64,000 nucleotides of DNA, taken from positions 1 through 64,000 of the forward strand of contig JALGVJ010000010.1 in the NCBI GenBank assembly GCA_029838195.1, written 5' to 3'. The notes beneath the pieces are model-generated. The model did no database searches and was not told the origin of the DNA. It was given only the letters and a program-made list of their open reading frames with translations. This document shows positions 53,091-64,000 of this stretch, piece by piece (position 1 is the stretch's first letter; each line of letters opens with the position of its first letter). The DNA is from Promethearchaeota archaeon (GTDB taxonomy: Archaea > Asgardarchaeota > Lokiarchaeia > Sigyniarchaeales > SOKP01). Both the position numbers and the translations under genes were made by a program.

Positions 53091-53391
53091 TTCCTGATTT
53101 TTTTCAAATATGATAAAATGTTCCAAAAAAGACATGCTCTTATTTATTTATATTTTATGATTCCATTGAATCGGTATTAATTATCTCTTTTTCTCTTGAT
53201 GATTTATTTATTATCTTGATATTACCTGAAAAAATAAAATTTCATGGAAATTTTTTCAAAAGTATTAATATTTAATATTACTCGTTTAAAATTTAATGAG
53301 AAGTTTAATAATAAAAATATGAACTTGGATACTGAAAAAATCAAAGATTATTAAAAAAAAACAAAAGAGTTATTTAAATATTATTCATTGG

Positions 53392-54810
53392 TTAGTGGAG
53401 ATCTTTCTCATGTAATTGATGTTCTAACCACGCTTTCTTCTCTCCCTTAATATCATAAGTTAGCGCAAATAAAAGCGTGAAAAGCGCTGTAGATATCATG
53501 GGGATTATGGCAAAAGTGAGGATTATTCCTAATTCTGCTAAGGGCGTTTGCATTCCTTTTCCTATAGGAGCTGCGGCATTAAATCCCGTGATATCGTGAA
53601 TGAATACCATGAAAAACGTGAATACGATGATTCCTAATCTTCCAAAGAAAATATAAATGCCAACATAGACACTAGAATCTCTCTTTCCCGTTTGTATGGA
53701 TAAACTATCTAGTGCTTCTGACAAAATAGGTGCTAGCATGCTCCATAAGGCCGCATTTCCGAAACCCGTGATGAAGATGAAGATATAAGCCGTATTTACA
53801 TCCCTAATAAACACCAATGGCAACGTAGTCATGCTTTCCAAGAACCCACCGAGGACAGCTGTCTTATAGAAACCTATCTTTTTAGAAATCCAAGTAAAAA
53901 TGGGCACGCAAACGAATTGTCCGATAATGAAAAATACATAAATTAAAGTTAGCTCTGACGCCGGAACGCCTAATATCCACTTGGCGTAATAATTCACGCC
54001 CCCTATAACGAACAAGTCCCACATCTTATTTCCAAAATAAAATAAAATATATCCGAGGAAGGCTTTGTTGCTCAAGGCAATTTTGAGCGATTTGAAGAAT
54101 GGATCTTGTTTGACCATGCCTTGCTGAACTTCTAAAGCTTTTCGAGCGGGATCTTCTCTAGCACCATAGATAACAACCAAACCTGCCACAACACCGATAA
54201 GAAGTATGACAGCTGCCATTTCAGCGTATGATTCCACGACATCATATTCATATATATTAGGAGGTAAAAGAGTTCCTATGATAACGCTAAATATGGCTAA
54301 TATAAGCTTAAACATGTTTCCCTTGCGCTTAGCATCATCCGTTCGAAATTTCTCCGGAAACATCCCATACCACGCACAGAAAAAAGCTGAATAACACGTG
54401 TCAGCAAGGCAGAGCATCGTGCACATCCAAAAGAATAATCCAATGGGACCTAAGGTGCGTGGAGGCGCAAAAAGGAGGAAATAAAAGACATACATGGGAA
54501 TGAGCATGGTAGCAATCCATGGAAATCGTTTTCCGTACTTTCCCCACCAAGATCTGGGTGTTTCCTCAATGTATCCAATGATGGGGTCATTCACGGCGTT
54601 CCATATGGCAAATACCACGTTTGCAATTATCAAGAAGATGCCCGGCAATAGGAGTTCCGTTTCATAGAAGAAAAAATATAAGCCTGCGAATGCATTTCCT
54701 ACGAGTTCAAAGCCAAAAGCGCCAAAGCTAAAACTAATCATGGACTTTAAAGAAGTATGCCATTCAGCCCAATCATCTAGTTTTTTAATATCTTGTTGTT
54801 CACTTGTCAT
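53392..54810 (-). CDS. MFS glycoside-pentoside-hexuronide (MelB-like) transporter
   Basis: WNAVNDPIIG, GKRFPW, about 12 TM segments. Confidence 0.9.
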   Translation of the reverse strand: MTSEQQDIKKLDDWAEWHTSLKSMISFSFGAFGFELVGNAFAGLYFFFYETELLLPGIFLIIANVVFAIWNAVNDPIIGYIEETPRSWWGKYGKRFPWIATMLIPMYVFYFLLFAPPRTLGPIGLFFWMCTMLCLADTCYSAFFCAWYGMFPEKFRTDDAKRKGNMFKLILAIFSVIIGTLLPPNIYEYDVVESYAEMAAVILLIGVVAGLVVIYGAREDPARKALEVQQGMVKQDPFFKSLKIALSNKAFLGYILFYFGNKMWDLFVIGGVNYYAKWILGVPASELTLIYVFFIIGQFVCVPIFTWISKKIGFYKTAVLGGFLESMTTLPLVFIRDVNTAYIFIFITGFGNAALWSMLAPILSEALDSLSIQTGKRDSSVYVGIYIFFGRLGIIVFTFFMVFIHDITGFNAAAPIGKGMQTPLAELGIILTFAIIPMISTALFTLLFALTYDIKGEKKAWLEHQLHEKDLH

Positions 54811-54937
54811 GTTATATAATCCCTATTCTCCATGAAAATTGAACGGTGATTAATAAATTTTCATATCATATTTAAACTTAATTAATTAATCATCATTTAA
54901 TTAACTAAACTTTAAAAAATAGAGAGTATGACTTGTC

Positions 54938-56362
54938 ATGGAACAAACAAACAAAAAAAAAATACCCGAAAAAAAAATAGAAAGACTTCCCTTATTTTTA
55001 AATAACACGGAAATTGCCAAGGAAACAATAGAATTTCTCCAAAACAGCATCCAAATTAATACCACCAATCCGCCAGGCAATGAAATTGCTTTAGCCCGCT
55101 TCATACAAGAGAAATTTGAAAATGAAAATAATCCACGCATAAAAACCAAATTAATCGAGACCAGACCTTCGCGAGGAAATTTAATAGTCACGGTTGAGGG
55201 GGCTGATCCAAAAAATAATCCTATTTGGGGTTTTGCTTCGCATTTAGACGTGGTTCCTGTTAGTGAGGATGAGCATTGGGACCATCCCCCTTTTTCAGGG
55301 GAGCTCGTGCAATTAGAACACGATCAATTCATTTGGGGGCGAGGAGCATTTGACATGAAACAAATTGGAGTAGCTCATGCAATGGGGCTAATAGTTCTCT
55401 TGCGAGAGGGATTTCAACCAAGAGGAACGATAAAACTGATCTATGAAGCGGATGAAGAGAGAGGCGGGGAAGAAGGAATGGCCATTTTAATGGAAGAGTA
55501 TTGGGATGACATGAAGGTGGATTATTTAATTACAGAGGGAGGAGGATATAAACTTCCCACGGGGCGAGATTTTGCCATTCAAACAGGAGAAAAGGGAAAA
55601 TGCCAGACATTAATTAGAGCAACAGGCGTAGCGGGTCATGGATCTACGCCAGATCCTTATGAAAAGTTTGCAATTTATAAGATAGTAAAAATTCTGGAGA
55701 AAATTCGTAAGAAAAAACGTAAAATTTACATGCTAAAAGAATACAAGCAACTTATTGATGCTGCTTCCTTGCCCACGTTATTAAAAATATTATTAAAGAG
55801 AAAAAGGATGGTTCGAAAAATCCTCTCTCTTGCCTCAAAACTTACTCATGAACCTTTTGATAAATTTTTCATTCCCATGTTAACGGATACCATCGCACCC
55901 ACTATTATTCGTGCGGGCAATAAAGTTAACGTGATCAGTCCCACAGCAGAGCTCTCATTAGATATAAGGGTATTACCCGGTCATGACCGTGAATTCATTT
56001 ATAATAAATTAGAAAAAATCATTGGAAAGAAACTTTTTCGAGAATTGGAATTAGAGTCAATTGATTATGCGTTAGCCACAACCTCTCCCATTAACACGAT
56101 CCTTTATGATAAAATTCAAGCGACTTTAGAAGAGATGTATCCTGGTGCCAATTTAGTACCCATTTTAGATACAGGAGGGTCTGATATGAAGCATTTACGC
56201 AAAAAAGATATTCCTTGCTATGGCTTTTCTTTATTATTGAAAGATCCGGACCTCACCTATGATGATTTGGTGGGCATGTCCCATGCTCCTAATGAGCGCA
56301 TTTCTGTGACTAATCTCATGCTTGCAACGGAATTTACTTATCGACTCATGAAAAAATTATGA
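54938..56362 (+). CDS. M20/M25/M40 metallopeptidase/amidohydrolase
   Basis: SHLDVVP, GRGAFDMK, ADEE, EGG, GHGS, HAPNE. Confidence 0.92.
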   Translation: MEQTNKKKIPEKKIERLPLFLNNTEIAKETIEFLQNSIQINTTNPPGNEIALARFIQEKFENENNPRIKTKLIETRPSRGNLIVTVEGADPKNNPIWGFASHLDVVPVSEDEHWDHPPFSGELVQLEHDQFIWGRGAFDMKQIGVAHAMGLIVLLREGFQPRGTIKLIYEADEERGGEEGMAILMEEYWDDMKVDYLITEGGGYKLPTGRDFAIQTGEKGKCQTLIRATGVAGHGSTPDPYEKFAIYKIVKILEKIRKKKRKIYMLKEYKQLIDAASLPTLLKILLKRKRMVRKILSLASKLTHEPFDKFFIPMLTDTIAPTIIRAGNKVNVISPTAELSLDIRVLPGHDREFIYNKLEKIIGKKLFRELELESIDYALATTSPINTILYDKIQATLEEMYPGANLVPILDTGGSDMKHLRKKDIPCYGFSLLLKDPDLTYDDLVGMSHAPNERISVTNLMLATEFTYRLMKKL

Positions 56363-56573
56363 GTTAACCGATTTTATTTGTAATAATTTTTTAGTCGTTG
56401 TTTTTTCATGTTTCGCTATCGTGGGCCTCCTCTTAGAAATAATTCTATTTTTTTTAATTAATTAATGATATTACGAGCTTAGAGGGGGGTAATCTTTAGA
56501 GAAATTAAGGTTCATGAATCCAACTCAAGTGAAAATGAAAAAGAAAAAATCGAAAAAAAGAATTTAAATATGC

Positions 56574-57077
56574 TCACGCTACCATTTCCGTTTTTTGAAT
56601 TTCGAAACCTTTCCCACAATACTCGCAATACACGCGTCCGCGAGAGTTTAAAAACTCCTTCATTTTTAACGTAAATTTTGCGCCACATTCATTACAAAAC
56701 TTAATTTGAGAGTCAATTTTCTGTTTTTTTATTAAAGTGGAATGTACTTCGGTAGGTGATTGGATTTTTTGTTGATGAGGATGATCAGGTTGATGAGCTC
56801 CTTGATCAAATATCATGCGATAAATACCCTTGCTTAATCTAAGTAAGAGATGCCCGACTTCCTTTAATAAATAATACAAACCTTTCAATAGATAATAGAC
56901 GACATATCCAAGTCCCAATATAATGTAAAAAATTAACGCAAAAATTAAAGCAAGAATTGCCATGATGCTTAAAACTATTAGAACTTGACCAAAAAGCGGT
57001 AGGCTAAAATACCAGTCAGCTAATTGCTCTCCAGTCATGCTATATTCTCCTAATTGGAAAAAAATCATATCAGACAT
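56574..57077 (-). CDS. Membrane-anchored zinc-ribbon protein
   Basis: Hydrophobic N-terminal region and C-terminal FCNECG...YCEYCG. Confidence 0.7.
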   Translation of the reverse strand: MSDMIFFQLGEYSMTGEQLADWYFSLPLFGQVLIVLSIMAILALIFALIFYIILGLGYVVYYLLKGLYYLLKEVGHLLLRLSKGIYRMIFDQGAHQPDHPHQQKIQSPTEVHSTLIKKQKIDSQIKFCNECGAKFTLKMKEFLNSRGRVYCEYCGKGFEIQKTEMVA

Positions 57078-57326
57078 TATATTACCTCTTATTCGTGATT
57101 ATTGACATGTATTTTTCTTATATTTTAAACATTTTTCTTCGATAATAAAAAAATTGGAGTCCAATTTTTAAAAACTCTCGATTTTATCGATATTTTCCAT
57201 GAATGCTTATATTCATACCAAGAAATTCCTTATAATAAGGAAGTAAAATAATTAAATGATATTTAATTATCTTTTTTTTATTCATCATGAATTTTTCAAA
57301 TTTTAAACAATTTAAATAACCTTTTC

Positions 57327-58061
57327 ATGAAAATGGATACAATTAGAATTGATGAAATGAATTGGGTGGATATCAAGGAAAAAATTGAAAGGGGATATAC
57401 AACGGTGATATTTGGAGTAGGATCTACTGAACAACATGGGCCTTCCTTACCAGAGCAAACGGATGCATTACAAGCGGATAGATTCGCAAATCTAATTGCT
57501 CGTGAACTTGGCAAAGCATTACAAGCCCCTACGATTTCCGTTGGGTTTTCTGAATATCATTTAAACTTTCCAGGTACCATTTCCCTTCGTGAATCGATAT
57601 TAACCGCAGTAGTTGAGGATTATATTAGTAGTTTGGCTGGACATGGATTTAAAAATATTGTTATTTATGTTTCGCATGGAGGGAATGAAGAATCCGTGAA
57701 AAAAGCCATCGCTAACATGCAAAATAAATTTCCTCACATCAAAATGATTTATTATTATACTCAAGACATTTATCCGGCCATTCGAGCTATGGGGCAAAAA
57801 TATGGATTAACCGTTGGCGAGATAGGTTCGCATGCGGGAGATATGGAAGCCTCAATAATGCTATATTTAGCACCAGAATTGGTTAAAAAAGAACGATTAG
57901 TAAAAGGATTAACAAAAGTAATTACACCCAGGTTGAGGAAAAAATTTCGAGCTGAAGGGTTCAATGCCATAACGGAAAATGATGTTGTTGGAGATCAAAC
58001 AAAAGCTTTGGCAGAAAAAGGCTTCGACAGAAAAAGGAAGGAAGTCATTGGACATCAATGA
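57327..58061 (+). CDS. Creatininase/creatinine amidohydrolase family, with altered C-terminus
   Basis: GSTEQHGPSLP..TD, SEYH..FPGT, SHGGN, HAGDME. A 16-bp tandem duplication lies at 58005-58036. Confidence 0.88.
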   Translation: MKMDTIRIDEMNWVDIKEKIERGYTTVIFGVGSTEQHGPSLPEQTDALQADRFANLIARELGKALQAPTISVGFSEYHLNFPGTISLRESILTAVVEDYISSLAGHGFKNIVIYVSHGGNEESVKKAIANMQNKFPHIKMIYYYTQDIYPAIRAMGQKYGLTVGEIGSHAGDMEASIMLYLAPELVKKERLVKGLTKVITPRLRKKFRAEGFNAITENDVVGDQTKALAEKGFDRKRKEVIGHQ

Positions 58062-58322
58062 TTTGCCTCGTCCTCCATCTCATTAAAATTAAAACGTAGA
58101 AATGTAAATTTTTTTATTTTTATAATTATAATTAAATGAATAAATGAATTAATTCCGGCTTTCAAAAATTCACTCGCGTTTAATTTATTAAGAAGATTTA
58201 GAAATTTGTGTGCCTCATTCTTTTTTTATTTATTCTATCTTTTTCAATAATATATGATTTATATTGCTCAATCATAATTTATGAGCTTCTAATTAATGAA
58301 GTACGCAAATTAAAGCAAATGT

Positions 58323-58745
58323 TTGATTTACATGTATGATGATTTAAAAGAATTTCAGAATAAGAAATATAGCGGGATGAAAATAGGAAATTCTCATTCA
58401 TGGCATTATTCCAATGGAAGATGGTATGAAACAAAAAAAACTCCGGATGAATGGGAAATTAATTTTGAATGCGTGAAGAAACGCATGAATCCTGCTCCAT
58501 TTAATTCCGGTGCAAAAATTGGAACAAAATATCATTGGTATATACTTGCTGACCAATTTGCCATTAAATTAGATCCGAATTCTTACATGACAATAATGAG
58601 GGGTGTGAAATTTAAAATTGGGCACAAGCGCCCTCATTGGAAGAAATTTAGTTATGAATACCCCCAACAACTTAGTTATAAAGAACGAATTATCAATATT
58701 TTAGAAGAGACTTTAAAAAGATTAAAAAATGATTTTTCATGTTAG
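58323..58745 (+). CDS. Hypothetical protein
   Basis: Aromatic-rich globular ORF (YSGMKIGNSHSWHY...YHWYILADQ). Family not named with confidence. Confidence 0.65.
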   Translation: MIYMYDDLKEFQNKKYSGMKIGNSHSWHYSNGRWYETKKTPDEWEINFECVKKRMNPAPFNSGAKIGTKYHWYILADQFAIKLDPNSYMTIMRGVKFKIGHKRPHWKKFSYEYPQQLSYKERIINILEETLKRLKNDFSC

Positions 58746-58995
58746 ACGAATTGAAAATCATTTTTACATGTTATCCTAAGTGCCGCGAAAATGGATGAGA
58801 TGTTATATTATTGATCATGGCAAATTTTTTGATATTTTAATTTAACTTGTAAAGAGATTTGAAATCATCGCATATTTCAAGAATTCAAATAGTCTATGAA
58901 TATTTTCGTGAACTCTCCTTGAACCTTAAAAATCTTTCACGAAAATGTAAAAAGTAAGAAAAAAAATTATCGAAATGCTATTAATTTATTTAATT

Positions 58996-59649
58996 TTATT
59001 TATTCCCTATTTTTTCATGAAATATATTTATTGCCACTAACGTGATCCAAGCTTCTGCTATATAAATTGCTATGAATTCCATGAAAAAATTCCATCCTCC
59101 CGGAAGATCGATAAAAATTAAGATAACACTCATCAAACCCGTTAAAAAACCAAAATAAGCAATGGATTTTTTAAATTTTGGGTGGGTTAAAAGCACACCA
59201 TTAATGAAAAATTCTGCTACAATTATGCTTGTAAAAATTACCATGCTCCAGAAAGCGTGAGTTTCTCCAAAATCCTCTGAAAATATTCCATTCATTACCA
59301 AACCAATGCCCGCAAGTATCCCAAAAAATTGCGCAATGTATAATACAAGGTTTTTGAGTTTATTGTCCATGTAGAAAACGTATAAACCTCCGGTAAATAA
59401 TATTATCGTTAATCCCATCCAAACTTGTCCTGTATTATAGAATTGTGCTCCTAATGGGCTATTATAAAAATTGCGCGTGGGATGAAGGGTAGTTCTTCCC
59501 AGATCGCTATGATAATTCGTGAATGGACTAAAAGGAGGGACCTCAGAAGGCCATAAAAGATAGGCGGGAATATTAAAAAAAAGATCCGTACACCACATTA
59601 GCAGAGTGGCAAGCACGGATAAAGGCCATTTAAAAGGATTTTTTTCCAT
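58996..59649 (-). CDS. DUF998-like membrane protein
   Basis: NYHSDLG, GIFSED...H, about 6 TM segments. Confidence 0.7.
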   Translation of the reverse strand: MEKNPFKWPLSVLATLLMWCTDLFFNIPAYLLWPSEVPPFSPFTNYHSDLGRTTLHPTRNFYNSPLGAQFYNTGQVWMGLTIILFTGGLYVFYMDNKLKNLVLYIAQFFGILAGIGLVMNGIFSEDFGETHAFWSMVIFTSIIVAEFFINGVLLTHPKFKKSIAYFGFLTGLMSVILIFIDLPGGWNFFMEFIAIYIAEAWITLVAINIFHEKIGNK

Positions 59650-59917
59650 AATATCTTCACGGTGTTAAAATTGTTTTATAATATTGTAGTAATAACATGA
59701 GCTAAATGAAAAGTCTATGAATAGTGATAGAATTAAAATAATAAAAATACTTTTTCTTCCCTTCAACACCCACCACGGGATGGCTGATTTTCATTAAATA
59801 ATCTTGCTCATTTAATAATTTGAAATCTTTCAATTAAAAATGAAGCTTCTTTTGGTGGGAATTTATATTATTTTTAACATTGTATCAAATATTAAAACTA
59901 AAAATTTAACTTGAAAA

Positions 59918-60637
59918 ATGTTTTGTACTATAGAAGGTATTAAAATTCCGCTTGTAATGACCGGAAGCTCCACATTTGTCGGTTCTGCTCAATTTGGAAA
60001 AAATGCCCGGATTTATCGGAAGAAGTTTTTAAAAAACACGGAAGCAATGTTGGAAATTTTAAAAGCTAGTTATCAAGCAGGAGGAAGAGGGTTTCACGTG
60101 GTGGATGCTGGCAAAATCGTGGAGGCGGCAAAAATAATGCTTGAAACCCATAATGATTACGTCGTAATTGGTTCTACTTTTCCCGGCCCAGATCCCTTGA
60201 TTGAGAATTTAATTGCTATCGGAGCAAAAATAATTTTCATTCATGCAAGTGCTGCGGACAGAAAAGATCAAAGATTAAATGCACTCATTGAGGAAATATC
60301 TTCTCGTGGAGTTCATATTGGGTTAGCTGTTCATAATGCTATATCCACATTAACCTATGCTTTTGAGAATCTACCTGATATTAAAACCTTTTTGACGCCA
60401 TTCAATAAAGCAGGACTTTACATGGGTTATAAGGAACAATTAGAACAGTTAATCGATCAAAAAAAAGACTGTTTCTTCATCGGAATGAAGACCATGGCTG
60501 CGGGAAAATTAAATCCAGAAGAGGCATTTGATTATATTTCCAAACATAATATTTGTGCGGCGACCATCGGAATGGTAACTCTCGAAGAAGCTACCATTAC
60601 GACGAAAATGGCATTAGAAATGTTTTCAAAAAAATAG
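59918..60637 (+). CDS. Aldo/keto-reductase-like TIM-barrel protein (degenerate)
   Basis: GSSTF..., PFNKAG, IGMKTMAAGKL.PEEAF. Confidence 0.6.
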   Translation: MFCTIEGIKIPLVMTGSSTFVGSAQFGKNARIYRKKFLKNTEAMLEILKASYQAGGRGFHVVDAGKIVEAAKIMLETHNDYVVIGSTFPGPDPLIENLIAIGAKIIFIHASAADRKDQRLNALIEEISSRGVHIGLAVHNAISTLTYAFENLPDIKTFLTPFNKAGLYMGYKEQLEQLIDQKKDCFFIGMKTMAAGKLNPEEAFDYISKHNICAATIGMVTLEEATITTKMALEMFSKK

Positions 60638-60687
60638 TTTTATTCTTCTTTTTTTTTAGAAAAAGATTGAATTTTGAATTTTGAATT

Positions 60688-61595
60688 TTAGCTAAGTAAT
60701 TCAAAAATATCCTTGATTTTTGGTTTAATATGGCTCTTCTTTCCAAAGCGGTTTAAAATCCACCAACAACTCACGCAATAAGTTGTCACGTAATCAATAT
60801 CATCTCGATTAAAATCCTTCATTCTTTTATTCGCAATGGCCTCTATAATATCCGTTCGATGTTGATAGCCGATACCTCCTCCACAACACCAATGGGGCAC
60901 GTTGGCTATTTTATATCCACTTTTTTTCATGATTTCCTCAACTTGTTTATCGAGGTCGGGAAATCCGCGATTTTTTAATTGGCATAAATGTTGGAATGCA
61001 ACCGTTCCTGATTTTTTGGTTTGGCTGGGTCTTAAATAATCCGTGATATATTTTATCTCAACATTTTTTAATTCGGGGCAATAATAATTTGCATATAAAT
61101 AAAAACAAGCGGGACAAAGGCAAATTATCCTCTTGAACTGAGAGAAAATCTCCAAGTTTTCTTTTTTACACGTGTCAATCTCGACAGTAGAGCCCGAGAC
61201 ATGCCATGTTCGGTATATCGTGGAATTCGAATGGTAGAAAGGCACCCCATGAAGAAAAGTGTATCAGATTTTTTTGGAATGCCCTCTGGAATTCTAATGC
61301 GCATGGTATTGGAGGGATAAGGAGTTCGATATTTTTTAAAATACTCTTGCATTTGTTCCCATCCCTCGAACGATTTCACTTGTTTTAGATATTCTCTTTT
61401 TAGCTGGATTCTCTCTTCTTCAGTTGGGCATTCACCGCAATGTACGCAATTATAGAGTTTCTTAAAATCTTCCGGAACAAACTTGATTTGGTCTACATGT
61501 TTAATCATGTCTTTAATATCTTCATCCTTGATGAAATTCTCGGGATCAATTTCTTTGGTAGGATAATTTTTTCTTCCGGGAATTCTTTCATTCAC
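60688..61595 (-). pseudogene. Fe-S/CCG-domain oxidoreductase (HdrD/GlpC-like), disrupted
   Basis: The 5' part (CVHCGECP, FFMGC) and 3' part (CPAC, QHLCQL, CCGGG, YCVSC) are in different frames. The junction is near 61200-61210 and the first CCG motif is absent. Confidence 0.8.
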
Positions 61596-61951
61596 TTTAG
61601 CTCATCTATTCTCTTAAAATTTCAAGGCATTTTTAAATATTATTCTTCTTTTTAATAAATCGACGATAACAATCAATATTTAACTCAGGAAATTTATTTT
61701 TTTTTAAAGAGGCTTCTTAAAAATCGAGAAGTTTATTTTCGTGCTTTACTCTCATTTTTATACGTAAGTAAAATTAAGCTCTTTTTTGGTATACATCGCG
61801 CAGTCCTTTAGAATAAATAGGGTTATAAATTTAAAATGAATTAATGAAGAGGTTCCAACGGATGAAATAATATTTAACATTAAAAGAGGGAAACAAATTT
61901 CAGGAAAATAAGAAAGGAAAATTCGTAGGATACTTGGTTAAGTTTCAACTT

Positions 61952-62281
61952 TCATTTATAATCTTCTCGTGTAGGGCTAAAAATTTCTACGACTTCACTA
62001 TATTCTAACATCTTAGCACCATGCTTTTCAAAAGAATCAAATACGTAGCTATCACCTTCTTTTGCTATAAATTCCCCCTTTTCCGTAATGAATTTTATTT
62101 TTCCCTTTAAAACATAACCAATTTGATGCGCCTCATGATCATGAAGGGGAATTTCCGCATCTTTTTCGAGAATGAAAAAACAAGACATCACGGTGTCATT
62201 ATAAGCTAACGTTTTTCGATAAACACCTTCGAGCATTTTTACCATATCTACACCATCCTTATTGATCGGACCTTTTATCAT
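61952..62281 (-). CDS. Cupin-domain protein
   Basis: PLHDHEAHQIGYVLKG...GDSY....EKH, FSPTREDY. Confidence 0.9.
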   Translation of the reverse strand: MIKGPINKDGVDMVKMLEGVYRKTLAYNDTVMSCFFILEKDAEIPLHDHEAHQIGYVLKGKIKFITEKGEFIAKEGDSYVFDSFEKHGAKMLEYSEVVEIFSPTREDYK

Positions 62282-62690
62282 TTTATTCCCTTTTTTATTT
62301 TTTTTAATTTTCTCTATTTATCATGTAATTTAAAATTTCTTAGTTCAAGAAAATCACGAGGGCTTTCAAGGTTATGGCCATTCATTTTCGTGGGAATAAG
62401 TTGATAGTAATATCTCTAACTATTATGGAACCGTGATATCATTATTCGAAATGGAACTTTAATTGATGTAACTGGAAATCCACCATGTTCCGCAGAAATG
62501 GGAATAAAATCCTCGGATTTAAAAAATTCTTCAACTATATTTTTCACTATATATTCCAATTTTAACCGGGATCCCCGAAAAATTAGAGAGGATGAAAAAT
62601 AAAAAAATTAGGAAACTTCATGCCTACAATGCTTATATATTTTAAGGATTTTAAATTAAAATTAATAATATTTTTTCTTAAGGGGGTACC

Positions 62691-63263
62691 ATGCGAGAAT
62701 TGAAATTTTTTATTAAACCTTTGAAATTCTCTGATATAATTTTTGATTCTAACGTGTTTTCCTATTGTAAAAATGAAAAATTCACATGTCCGAATTATGG
62801 TCATTCTTGGGCATGTCCTCCGGCTTCTACTTCTTTAGAAAGGGAGTTTTCGCACTATAAACACTTTTATCTAATAGGTGTAAAATTAAATTTAGATAAA
62901 TATATTAAGCGCTTGCAAAAGAAATTTCCAAAAAAAAAAAGAGAACGTTTGATTAATGAATTATATAGAAAAAAAATCCTCGAGCGCGAATTGAACAATT
63001 TTATCATAACTTTTTTAGAAAAAAAGAAAGAAAAACACGAAAACTTTTTTATACTATGGGCAGGGTCGTGCGATACATGTGAACTTGAAGGAAAAAGGTG
63101 CACTTATGAGGAAAATGAGCCTTGTCGCTATCCCGAGAAAATGAAACGTGGAATGACCTCTGCTGGAATAAACACGGTTGAAACCGTAAAAAGATTTGGA
63201 TTAAATCTTAACTGGAAAAATGAAAAATACACCTACCGATTTGGATTAGCGTGTTTTAATTAA
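62691..63263 (+). CDS. DUF2284 family metal-binding protein
   Basis: C..CPNYGHSWACPP, AGSCDTC..C..PCRYP...SAGIN. Confidence 0.85.
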   Translation: MRELKFFIKPLKFSDIIFDSNVFSYCKNEKFTCPNYGHSWACPPASTSLEREFSHYKHFYLIGVKLNLDKYIKRLQKKFPKKKRERLINELYRKKILERELNNFIITFLEKKKEKHENFFILWAGSCDTCELEGKRCTYEENEPCRYPEKMKRGMTSAGINTVETVKRFGLNLNWKNEKYTYRFGLACFN

Positions 63264-63333
63264 AAATTTTTGATTAAGCATTTTTCCCTTTTCTTAAGAT
63301 ATATTACTCCTATTAAATTATCTTTATTTGAAA

Positions 63334-64000
63334 ATGCAATCTTCGAGTATCTACCAAGAATTAAAAGAGAAACCATTTAACAAGGCGGATATCCCATTAT
63401 ATCGATTATATTGTCATGGATTTCGCTCTGGAGGATATGTAGATGTCATCAATAGAGAAATCAACCGCATGAGAAGGGAGAGACTGGATTTAAAAGAGTT
63501 CGATGCCTTATTTAATGCCCAAATCGCGCTTGAAAAAATTTTAACTTTGCGGGAAGAGCCCATCCCCATTGATAAACATGTAGTACGACGATTTCTTCAT
63601 TATGACTCTCTCCATGAAAGAGCTTCAAAGCATTTAAAGGAAGCTGGAAAACAATATAAAGAAATAAAAAGATTACACCAGATTTTCATCGAGATTTTTA
63701 GAAAAATTAAGAATAGTGGAGGGTATTTTATCATTAATTGGTTAGATCCTTTTTTATTAAACCATGGTGCTCTTGATCTTCCTGATCAAGGATTGAAAAT
63801 TATTCAAGGAGTTTTTGCTGATAATTTTAGTTTAAATCATGCCGTGGTTTCTCCGGGATGTTCATTCTATCACGACCATGCACATCTTTGGGAATTTCAT
63901 TTTATTGATCATTATAGTAAGGAATTACTTTATGAACATTTTCGGGCGGGAAAAAAATTTAAAATCATCGGTAATGACATCATCTCAATGGGACCTACCA
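63334..64000 (+). CDS. Partial hypothetical protein, possibly with a cupin-like domain, running off the window end
   Basis: Open from ATG 63334 (MQSSSIYQELK) to the window end. HDHAHLWEFHF resembles cupin motif 1. Confidence 0.65.
   Translation, partial: MQSSSIYQELKEKPFNKADIPLYRLYCHGFRSGGYVDVINREINRMRRERLDLKEFDALFNAQIALEKILTLREEPIPIDKHVVRRFLHYDSLHERASKHLKEAGKQYKEIKRLHQIFIEIFRKIKNSGGYFIINWLDPFLLNHGALDLPDQGLKIIQGVFADNFSLNHAVVSPGCSFYHDHAHLWEFHFIDHYSKELLYEHFRAGKKFKIIGNDIISMGPT

Overview
An AT-rich (about 30% GC by eye) archaeal chromosomal segment, most consistent with an Asgard archaeon of the Lokiarchaeia type. The assignment rests on an S30e ribosomal protein, a BHB-intron tRNA, an HdrA-MvhD fusion, a tungsten AOR, a UGA-recoded selD followed by a 3'-UTR SECIS-like stem, and several proteins with eukaryote-type domains. 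Those domains include gelsolin, MIT, a C2H2 zinc finger, HEAT+PCI+adaptin-ear-like, and tandem vWA-RING proteins. The rest is mostly metabolism (sialidase/GH1 locus, FBP aldolase, amino-acid racemase/dehydratase/AlaX cluster, MFS transporter, M20 peptidase), plus a HEPN-MNT toxin-antitoxin pair and an orphan amino-methyltransferase. The most notable items are: (1) a tandem pair of vWA + RING-like + Zn-ribbon paralogs recalling TFIIH p44/Rpn10/MERIT40, inside a neighbourhood dense in eukaryote-like domains (36-45 kb); (2) a 980-aa HEAT/coiled-coil/PCI/appendage protein; (3) the Sec-encoding selD that the ORF track truncates; (4) a tRNA-Trp with two introns around an 8-nt exon; (5) strong over-representation of CACGTG; (6) several microproteins and decayed genes not in the ORF track. 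All family calls come from reading motifs by eye; no searches were run.
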